Positions 41,451 through 47,975 of a stretch of 64,000 nt of DNA are shown in pieces; within the stretch, counting starts at the first letter, position 1; each line of letters begins with the position of its first letter. The stretch is from NCBI GenBank assembly GCA_964543815.1, contig CAZIZG010000003.1:17833-81832 (forward strand), read 5' to 3'. The translations under genes were made by a program, and so were the position numbers. The notes below the pieces were generated by a model. The model saw nothing but the letters and a program-made list of their open reading frames with translations. It was not told the DNA's origin and ran no database searches. Origin of the DNA: an uncultured Bdellovibrionales bacterium. GTDB lineage: Bacteria; Patescibacteriota; Minisyncoccia; Moranbacterales; UBA1568.

Positions 41451-41762
41451 CTATTTTTTATTGCACACACTGAGAGAAAAAGTGATTGTATCACGTGCTC
41501 GTATCTGTTCCTTCGTTCTCACACTCGCCTTGAGTGGCAAGAGGTAGCCACCCGAACGCTTGTCGGGAAAAATTGATGTCCGCCAAGTAGTCGTGCCAAT
41601 AGTGACCGAAACCGGGAGCGACCCCCATCCCCGGGAGCGACTTCCGAACTGCTCTTTGATGAGCGTGGATTCTTTTTTTGGCAAGGTGACAAAATGCCAG
41701 CTCGCGATATCTCCAGGATAGAGCCACACCTCACCCTTCATAGTAAACGTATTTCCCGACAT
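41451..41762 (-). CDS. DUF1905-family protein
   Basis: W.F.TLP, GWGS..V.VTIG.T.W.TSIFP, Y.LPLKA.VR. Confidence 0.85.
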   Translation of the reverse strand: MSGNTFTMKGEVWLYPGDIASWHFVTLPKKESTLIKEQFGSRSRGWGSLPVSVTIGTTTWRTSIFPDKRSGGYLLPLKASVRTKEQIRARDTITFSLSVCNKK

Positions 41763-41767
41763 ACTGA

Positions 41768-42163
41768 TCAGCGATTAAGCACCGTGATGGTGAGTTGCAA
41801 AATTGTAGCAAATGACACCCAGAGGAGATATGGGATTTGAGCATAGGCAATGAGACGAGCGTGAGGAAAGATAGCCATCATCGCCCAGACAATAGTCCCC
41901 AGTACGAGCAGGATATCGATCGAGGCCAAGAGATTATTTTTCAGTCCAAACTGAATCCAGGTAAAAGAAAAATTGAAGACGAGATTAAGCACGAACGGCA
42001 GCGCCACCACGAGTGGTATCTGCCCCTGCCAAGCCAGGAAGAAAACCCGACCAAACGTGAGTGCGATGATGACGTAAAGCACCGACCAGACCGGACCAAA
42101 CACCCAAGCTGGTGGTGACCAGGTGGGTTTGATAAGCATGGCGTACTCAGTGAAATTATTCAT
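41768..42163 (-). CDS. tspO: TspO/MBR family protein
   Basis: KP.W.PP.WVFGPVW..LY, PYLLWVSFA. Confidence 0.9.
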   Translation of the reverse strand: MNNFTEYAMLIKPTWSPPAWVFGPVWSVLYVIIALTFGRVFFLAWQGQIPLVVALPFVLNLVFNFSFTWIQFGLKNNLLASIDILLVLGTIVWAMMAIFPHARLIAYAQIPYLLWVSFATILQLTITVLNR

Positions 42164-42167
42164 AGCC

Positions 42168-42341
42168 TTATATCCCCCGTGCGAGCAGAAAATCCACCAG
42201 GCTCGGTACCCACATGTCCCGTGTCACGATGAGACCGAGTCCGAGCGCGATGAGCAGAAGCAAAAATATCTGTACCGCTCGAAGCCACGGACTACGACAG
42301 CAATTCCCCTGTTCATTTTTTCCACATGCGCACTGCCACAT
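42168..42341 (-). CDS. 57-aa Cys-containing single-TM protein
   Basis: Manual translation MWQCACGKNEQGNCCRSPWLRAVQIFLLLLIALGLGLIVTRDMWVPSLVDFLLARGI, directly upstream of tspO. Confidence 0.6.
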   Translation of the reverse strand: MWQCACGKNEQGNCCRSPWLRAVQIFLLLLIALGLGLIVTRDMWVPSLVDFLLARGI

Positions 42342-42430
42342 AATTGATAAGTATAAATAATTCTCTTTCAGTATAGCACTGAAAAAAGAAAAAACCGGAG
42401 AGGAATACCTCCCGGCTTGGAACGTGCACG

Positions 42431-42892
42431 CTACAGCGCGCCCTGGGTGGCCAGATGGAGACTCTCCATGAGACCAAAGATGTCTACCAGTGCCAGACGT
42501 TGCTCACCGGTATCAACCGTCGCCATGATGTGCGTGAGCGTATCCGGGTGAGGATGCCCATCCACCAGTCGCACTTGATCTGCGGTGATGTCAAGCACTT
42601 CGGAAACACCATCGACGACGACGCCGATGATGCGGCCAGAAAGGTTCAACACCACGACCACCGTCAGCGGACCGAGACTGCTCTCACAACCCGCCACGAT
42701 GCGCAAATCGATGATGGGGATAGTGACCCCGCGAAGATTGAACACTCCCCTGAGAAACGCTGGCGCCCCATCGATGTGACTCGGCTGCTCGTAGGAGCGG
42801 ATTTCCTGAGCGAGCAGGATATTGAGTCCGTAGTACTCGCCACCGAGACGAAATACCAGGTACTCCCCAGCCAAAGAAGCAGCTTCGGTCAT
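42431..42892 (-). CDS. cheW: Chemotaxis coupling protein CheW (orphan)
   Basis: EYLVFRLG.E.YG..I...QEI, AP.F..GV.NLRG..IPIIDLR, G.VVD.VSEV; AAGGAGG SD with ATGA overlap. Confidence 0.9.
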   Translation of the reverse strand: MTEAASLAGEYLVFRLGGEYYGLNILLAQEIRSYEQPSHIDGAPAFLRGVFNLRGVTIPIIDLRIVAGCESSLGPLTVVVVLNLSGRIIGVVVDGVSEVLDITADQVRLVDGHPHPDTLTHIMATVDTGEQRLALVDIFGLMESLHLATQGAL

Positions 42893-43167
42893 GCTGCCCT
42901 CCTTCGGCGCGACTTGGGAGGCAACTCGTGCAACCTGCTGAGCGCGATGCGCGCCTCACGAGCCGTCACTTCCAGAGTGACCAGCGCCTCGTACGAAAAA
43001 GCGCCAATCACCTTGCCCGAACCAGGTCGATAGAGCACGGCCACACTGCCGCTCGGATTGTCCCGAGCAAAGACGACCGCTTTCATCGGAAACTTGGTCC
43101 TGACACCATCAGCCGTTGTCCCCTGACAACGGAGCTTTTCGCGACGCGTGTTCATCGAAACACCCAT
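42889..43167 (-). CDS. Hypothetical 92-aa basic protein co-transcribed with cheW
   Basis: GAGGT SD before ATG at 43167; stop overlaps cheW start; TTGACA at about 43271-43276. Confidence 0.65.
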   Translation of the reverse strand: MGVSMNTRREKLRCQGTTADGVRTKFPMKAVVFARDNPSGSVAVLYRPGSGKVIGAFSYEALVTLEVTAREARIALSRLHELPPKSRRRRAA

Positions 43168-43292
43168 GTTGCATACCTCACTGTGGTACGCCCAGGCCCG
43201 GGATGGGCCTGCTAGCGACATCGACCCACCCTGTGAGTCGATGAAATATCATCCCCTATTTCAAAATCCCTGTCAACTCCTTCTCGTTTCAT

Positions 43293-43620
43293 ATAAAAAG
43301 CGAAAGGTCCCGGCAAAACGCGTTTGCACGGGACCAGTCCTTTCAGACAACTGAGCGGGGCGAGGCTTTTGGGGCCACAAGACCGCTTCATTGTGTAACC
43401 CGGACAGGGCTACGTTAGTCGATGAAGGCTTACGCTCCCTAGGGGGAACAACCTTTCTTCGAACTCGGTGGAATCACACCGAGGGTTTACTGCAGCGGAC
43501 GTGGTTTCCCGTGGGACTCCTCATCCAGTTTCTCCTCGTTTTGGTTGATGACTCTGGTGGTACTCTCTCGAGTATACACCCTTGAGGGATCTCCGCGGCC
43601 GTATCTTCGCGACCGCAGTG
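43293..43620 (-). ncRNA. Long structured 3' trailer or ncRNA candidate
   Basis: About 330 nt without a credible long ORF, multiple hairpins, ends in terminator GGTCCCG..CGGGACC plus T-run. Confidence 0.4.
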
Positions 43621-43622
43621 CG

Positions 43623-43823
43623 TCAGCTCACCGGCTTCGGAGGCACGGTACCGACGCTGTTCAGCAGGAACCCCGGGTAGGACTCGGGTCCCTTGCCGAA
43701 CAGACCCTGGCATGCGAGCCGGAAACCCATTCGCGCGACCTGCAGCAGATGTACCGTGAAGGTAAACGCTGCGGCCAGAACGGGAACCCGAATCCAGGCG
43801 GCCAGGGCATGCACGAGGCTCAT
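43623..43823 (-). CDS. 66-aa hydrophobic microprotein MSLVHALAAWIRVPV...
   Basis: GGGAGG 4-5 nt before ATG. Confidence 0.6.
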   Translation of the reverse strand: MSLVHALAAWIRVPVLAAAFTFTVHLLQVARMGFRLACQGLFGKGPESYPGFLLNSVGTVPPKPVS

Positions 43824-43852
43824 GGAGCCTCCCTTCAGTGGGCGCCGAAGCG

Positions 43853-43972
43853 TCAGGCCAGCGTGGCCAGACGCACGGGCGCGGCCACCGGGTCGCGCAG
43901 CACCGAGGTGCCGGCGCCGTGGCGGCCGTTCTTCAGGTCGACGAAGTTCGAGAGCACGCCGATCACGTTCAC
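43853..43972 (-). CDS. 39-aa peptide MNVIGVLSNFVDLKNGRHGAGTSVLRDPVAAPVRLATLA (or frameshifted tail of upstream ORF)
   Basis: GTGA overlap with upstream stop; 38 of 39 codons end in G/C. Confidence 0.6.
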   Translation of the reverse strand: MNVIGVLSNFVDLKNGRHGAGTSVLRDPVAAPVRLATLA

Positions 43973-44160
43973 GGCGCACCCACCAGGCCCGAGGCGGGGC
44001 CGGCGGCCAGCGGCAGCAGGTTGGTTTCCTGGGAAGCGAACACGCCGGAACGCGCCAGGGACACGCTGCCGAAGCCCGAGTCGAAGAGGCCGATCTTGCC
44101 GGTGCCTTCGCCGCCGCTGCCTTGCAACACACTCACCTTGCCGGTGGTGGGGTCTTTCAT
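43969..44160 (-). CDS. 63-aa Gly/Ser-rich peptide MKDPTTGKVSVLQGSGGEGTG...
   Basis: AAGGAG SD; 55 of 63 codons end in G/C; promoter TTGAAC (44333-44328)-N17-TACTAT (44310-44305). Confidence 0.7.
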   Translation of the reverse strand: MKDPTTGKVSVLQGSGGEGTGKIGLFDSGFGSVSLARSGVFASQETNLLPLAAGPASGLVGAP

Positions 44161-44401
44161 TAGGATCTCCTTGATCAAGTTGCGGGAACTCCGCTCGACA
44201 ACCAAGAGGTTGAACGAGCGGATAATTGAAGCCTAGTCATAAGCCACAAGTATCCGCTCGCTCGAAACTATTTCACTGCAAAAATTGAAAGAACTTTCCT
44301 ATCGATAGTACCAAAAAGTTTACTACCGTTCAAGCCAAAAGCCCGAAAGAAAACTCTACGCCATATATCTATTTCTGTCAACCCCTAGAACCACAAAAAA
44401 G

Positions 44402-44457
44402 AAATCCCCCGGTCCGCGGTACGGAACGGGGGTATGGGGCCTCAGTGAGGCGTTGGA
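44402..44457. repeat. 56-bp exact direct repeat, copy 1 (terminator-containing)
   Basis: AAATCCCCCGGTCCGCGGTACGGAACGGGGGTATGGGGCCTCAGTGAGGCGTTGGA identical to 45161-45216. Confidence 0.95.
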
Positions 44458-44464
44458 AATCAGA

Positions 44465-45043
44465 CTAGCGGTACGTCATGTACGTCGCAGCGTAGCTCAC
44501 TTCCTCGAAAGAGAGGTACCCGACCTCATGGAGGTAGTATGTCGTACCACCATGAAATCGCGGGTTAACCTTGCGGACCGTGCGACAGCCCGTCACAAAG
44601 AAGTCACGGTAACCGAGCAGCATGGCAAGTAGGTCAACAGCCTCTTCCTTGTCCCACAACGGGTGATGCATGGCATCAATAAGCGGGTGGCAAAGTTCAT
44701 GAGCCATAGCGATGACCGTCGCATCAAACGTGGCCTTGGCCAGAAATGGCTTCCTGATGAAGACCGTCACCTCCGTTTGCCGGAATGCCTCGGATCCAAA
44801 AATTGGCATAACGTCAGGCCTGACCACCCACGCCGGCGCCTGGGGGTTACAACCACCAGAATTCACCAGTCCGAGCCGGACCCGGCAATCGAGATGGAGA
44901 CTCTCCTTGACGCGGTACATCATCCGACCGAACTCACCGGCGTCATACAGAGCACGCAGCTCTTCTTCTGAAACCAGTGGCCGCAGTGGCCCAAAGCTCG
45001 CCCGAAGTTGCTGGACATAAGACTGAATAAGTGCTTGGCGCAT
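44465..45043 (-). CDS. HExxH zincin-like metallopeptidase-domain protein
   Basis: AHELCH plus downstream EEAVD; AAGGAGG SD; TTGACA (45133-45128)-N17-TATAAA (45110-45105). Confidence 0.7.
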   Translation of the reverse strand: MRQALIQSYVQQLRASFGPLRPLVSEEELRALYDAGEFGRMMYRVKESLHLDCRVRLGLVNSGGCNPQAPAWVVRPDVMPIFGSEAFRQTEVTVFIRKPFLAKATFDATVIAMAHELCHPLIDAMHHPLWDKEEAVDLLAMLLGYRDFFVTGCRTVRKVNPRFHGGTTYYLHEVGYLSFEEVSYAATYMTYR

Positions 45044-45160
45044 GGCACCCTCCTTTGCATACGTTGCAATTGATAAAAGACTCGAAAGGAACTACGAACA
45101 CTCCTTTATAGCATAAAAATACATTTTTGTCAATATGAGAAAACATCCGCAAAAAATAAA

Positions 45161-45216
45161 AAATCCCCCGGTCCGCGGTACGGAACGGGGGTATGGGGCC
45201 TCAGTGAGGCGTTGGA
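45161..45216. repeat. 56-bp exact direct repeat, copy 2
   Basis: Identical to 44402-44457. Confidence 0.95.
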
Positions 45217-45227
45217 GTGGCCGTGGC

Positions 45228-45602
45228 CTACTGCTGGCCGCTGGCGCCGGCGTCCTGCTGGCTGAACAGCTTCAGGCCTTCGGCGGCGGCGACGGCCATC
45301 TCGCGCACGGCCTGGTGCGACATGATGCCGATCACGCGGTTGTCGCCGTCGATGAACTTGATCGCGGCCGGCTTCTTGCCCTTGGCCGGGAGCAGCTTGC
45401 CGGACCAGGAGTTGACCTCGCCGCCGTCCGGGGCCGTGCCATGGAACTTGATGTAGCCCGACGTGTCGGTGACGATGGCCTTGTCCTGGCGGCGCTTGCG
45501 CTGCTGCTGGCCGGAACCGATGCCGATCGACTGATCGCTCGCCAGCGAGCCGAGGGCGGCAGCCAGACCAGCCATCAGGGCGTTCACGTGATGCTTCTGC
45601 AT
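45228..45602 (-). CDS. Hypothetical 124-aa protein (SD-led GC-rich unit)
   Basis: GGAG SD; TTGACA (45720-45715)-N17-TACACT (45697-45692); strong GC3. Confidence 0.75.
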   Translation of the reverse strand: MQKHHVNALMAGLAAALGSLASDQSIGIGSGQQQRKRRQDKAIVTDTSGYIKFHGTAPDGGEVNSWSGKLLPAKGKKPAAIKFIDGDNRVIGIMSHQAVREMAVAAAEGLKLFSQQDAGASGQQ

Positions 45603-45748
45603 GGGAATCTCCGAGGGTTGCAGTTGATGCTTCAAGAGCCCGACACGGGTCTTGTAAAGCAAAGATCGACCATAGAGGCCGACAAAAGAGGAGTGTACAG
45701 CAAATACCCTCCCCTGTCAAGGGTGGTTATCCACAAAAAATCAATATG

Positions 45749-45916
45749 CTATTTGAAGAAGTAGGGATGAACAGCTAGACCCAAGTAGTAGGGCCACAAG
45801 AGCACGGCGAGCACCCCCTGCCAAAAACTCAGGTGCAAAAAGCCGATAGTAAATATCCAAGCCGCCATCCACAGGCCACCAGAAAAAAGATGGTTTTCAA
45901 TTTTTACCTTTTCCAT
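45749..45916 (-). CDS. 55-aa membrane protein
   Basis: Manual translation MEKVKIENHLFSGGLWMAAWIFTIGFLHLSFWQGVLAVLLWPYYLGLAVHPYFFK; follows the PspC-domain gene. Confidence 0.7.
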   Translation of the reverse strand: MEKVKIENHLFSGGLWMAAWIFTIGFLHLSFWQGVLAVLLWPYYLGLAVHPYFFK

Positions 45917-45930
45917 AAAATTGTTTTCCC

Positions 45931-46161
45931 TCAGACCGAGAGAGGCTTTTCTTCTCGCGGAAGTGGGACGATAAAAATAGCGATGATGTAGACCAGAATC
46001 CCCGGAGCAAAGCCAGTAAAGACCGTGAGGAAAACCCAGAGCAATCGAAACAAAACCGGATCAATACTCCAGTACTCCCCGAGTCCCCCGCAAATGCCAG
46101 CCAGGGTCTGATTGGTGCGGCTGCGAAAGAGATGACGCATCGGTGTATCTGTCATAGTCAT
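45931..46161 (-). CDS. PspC domain protein
   Basis: L.RS......AGICGGLGEY..IDP.L.R...Y.....IVP. Confidence 0.92.
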   Translation of the reverse strand: MTMTDTPMRHLFRSRTNQTLAGICGGLGEYWSIDPVLFRLLWVFLTVFTGFAPGILVYIIAIFIVPLPREEKPLSV

Positions 46162-46216
46162 ATCTTACTGATTACACCTCCAGTATACTCTTTCTCCCTC
46201 GAGAATAACAGGTTGT

Positions 46217-46603
46217 CTATCTACTCTTTTTCTTTTTATTCTGAGCGACTGTAAGCTTGGTTTCCTTGACGCGGAAACGGACGATTTTGGTGATGAGGGC
46301 AAGCGGCAGTGGTTTCCCGATAGGAAACTGGATAGCACCCTTGGAATACTGGTAGCGTTTGGCGATTTCTGCTTCGAACTGTTTCACTCCGGAAGGTGCC
46401 GGATAAAAACCGTAGTGATTTTTCTGTACCGCGAAGTGGACGAGATTTTTACCATTGAAGCGTATCGTCGGCATCCCGTACCGTATCGCTTCTTCGCCCT
46501 CCGGCACGAGCTCACGAAGGAGTAGCCAGAGACGCTTCGCCTCCCCCTGCGCGTCCCGCGGCACTTGCTTCAAATATTCCCCGACTGTTTCGTACGTTTG
46601 CAT
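46217..46603 (-). CDS. DUF1801 (YdhG-like) protein
   Basis: E.IRYGMPT, HYGFYP, SKGAIQFP...PLP..LI..IV.FR. Confidence 0.9.
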   Translation of the reverse strand: MQTYETVGEYLKQVPRDAQGEAKRLWLLLRELVPEGEEAIRYGMPTIRFNGKNLVHFAVQKNHYGFYPAPSGVKQFEAEIAKRYQYSKGAIQFPIGKPLPLALITKIVRFRVKETKLTVAQNKKKKSR

Positions 46604-46694
46604 AGTAAGTATCAAAAATCATTTTCATCCGTAGTATATATGACATTTTTAAAAAGAAAAACGGCTTCGGTAAACCTACCAAAGCCGCGAAAAA

Positions 46695-47063
46695 CTACCA
46701 GCTCAAGACCCGCCCGATGACCTCGATCAGCTTGTTCGGATCAAACGGCTTCACGAGCCAGCCCGTTGCACCGGCAGCCTTGCCCTTCATCTTCATCGCG
46801 TCACTCGACTCGGTGGTGAGGAAAAGAATGGGCGTCTTCGGGAAACGGGGATCCGCGCGCATCTTCTCGGTCAGCGTGAGACCGTCCATGCGTGGCATGT
46901 TCTGGTCGAGGAGCACGAGGTCAAACTTCGCGCCCCGCTCGATCTGCTCCCACGCATCCTGACCGTCCACCGCGAGGAGCACCTCGTAGCCGGCGTTCCT
47001 AAGCGTGAACGACACCATCTGGCGCATCGACGCGCTGTCATCAACCACAAATATCGTCTGCAT
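46695..47063 (-). CDS. cheY: CheY-type chemotaxis response regulator (orphan)
   Basis: VVDDSASMRQMVSFTL, DQNMPRMDGL, LTTESS, GKAAGATGWLVKPFDP; AAGGAGG SD; own promoter and terminator. Confidence 0.9.
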   Translation of the reverse strand: MQTIFVVDDSASMRQMVSFTLRNAGYEVLLAVDGQDAWEQIERGAKFDLVLLDQNMPRMDGLTLTEKMRADPRFPKTPILFLTTESSDAMKMKGKAAGATGWLVKPFDPNKLIEVIGRVLSW

Positions 47064-47167
47064 GAATCATGCCTCCTTCGTCAAACAACTACTCCGCTAC
47101 AAAACCGACACCGCAGTAAATCATCGAATCCCTCCCCTGTCAACCAGTCATGAGAGACTAAGTCATC

Positions 47168-47560
47168 TCAGGCATGAGGAATCTGCTCCACGAGGAGCGC
47201 CTGACCCGAACTATCGAGGTAAGTACAAGTCATCGCCTCCATGTCGACTCGCCACCTCTCTACTCCGGCTCGGGCTGCATCCTGACAAAAAGTGAAGTAG
47301 TCACTCCCTCCAGCCTGGTGACGAGCGAGGTCAGCCCGAAACGCGGCCGCATCTCCCATGGTTGCCACCTGAAGCGGCGCATAGATCGGTTCACTCTGAA
47401 GTACAGCATCTTCTCCCCCGACGTATTCCGCATGACCGTCCACGACAAAGACATCATACCTTCGCACGCCGAGAGCAATGAGCGCCTGTACGTAGGCAGG
47501 AAAATCCGCTCCACTTTTCACAACACTATGAGCCGCCGCAATCTGTTCCAAAGTAAACAT
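47168..47560 (-). CDS. DUF1398-family protein
   Basis: SGADFP.Y...L...GV..Y.V.V.DG, HQ.G..DY..FC...A..GV..W.VD. Confidence 0.9.
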   Translation of the reverse strand: MFTLEQIAAAHSVVKSGADFPAYVQALIALGVRRYDVFVVDGHAEYVGGEDAVLQSEPIYAPLQVATMGDAAAFRADLARHQAGGSDYFTFCQDAARAGVERWRVDMEAMTCTYLDSSGQALLVEQIPHA

Positions 47561-47598
47561 ATGGTTTCAAACAATCATTGTTCTAATTTTTTTATTCC

Positions 47599-47775
47599 TC
47601 AACAATTTTTTCTCAGGATGGCCAGGCACTCTTCATACGCGTCAGCGAGACCACCGAAATATTCATTACGACCAAAAACTTCTATGTCCTCACTTTCACA
47701 AAGTTCTTCCCGCCAAACCTCTCGAAATTTTTTTGCCAAAACCTCTATCTCTACTTCGCTTCGATGAGACATCAT
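47599..47775 (-). CDS. Small acidic hypothetical protein
   Basis: 58-aa ORF with TTGACA upstream. Confidence 0.5.
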   Translation of the reverse strand: MMSHRSEVEIEVLAKKFREVWREELCESEDIEVFGRNEYFGGLADAYEECLAILRKNC

Positions 47776-47975
47776 AATTAAATGGAATAATTTTGATCCC
47801 ATTTTTGATCGAAGCAGCAGAACTGTCAAATAACCCCTCCTATCCCTTCAAAAACTTCTCGAGATATTTTTTAAAAACACTAAAAAGAATAATCACTCCC
47901 AATGCTAATCCCAAATATTTTATAGTTGTCGGACTAAAGAATGCTTTCAATAGTTCTAATAGGTTTAAATGCATA

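Noticed and set aside
43545-44236. Long overlapping ORFs 43545+, 43693+, 43838+ and the 169-aa 43623- frame
   Set aside because: Shadow frames of GC-rich DNA; SD positions and codon bias support three short minus-strand ORFs
44402-45216. 56-bp repeats as integron attC sites or CRISPR repeats
   Set aside because: Only two copies 759 bp apart; no proper RYYYAAC/GTTRRRY paired ends; no intI or cas gene in the window
45727-45735. DnaA box as a replication origin
   Set aside because: Single intergenic box, no cluster, no dnaA or dnaN nearby
39963-47560. Prophage or classical genomic island explaining the GC-rich genes
   Set aside because: No integrase, structural or replication genes, and GC-rich units alternate with native-style DUF genes
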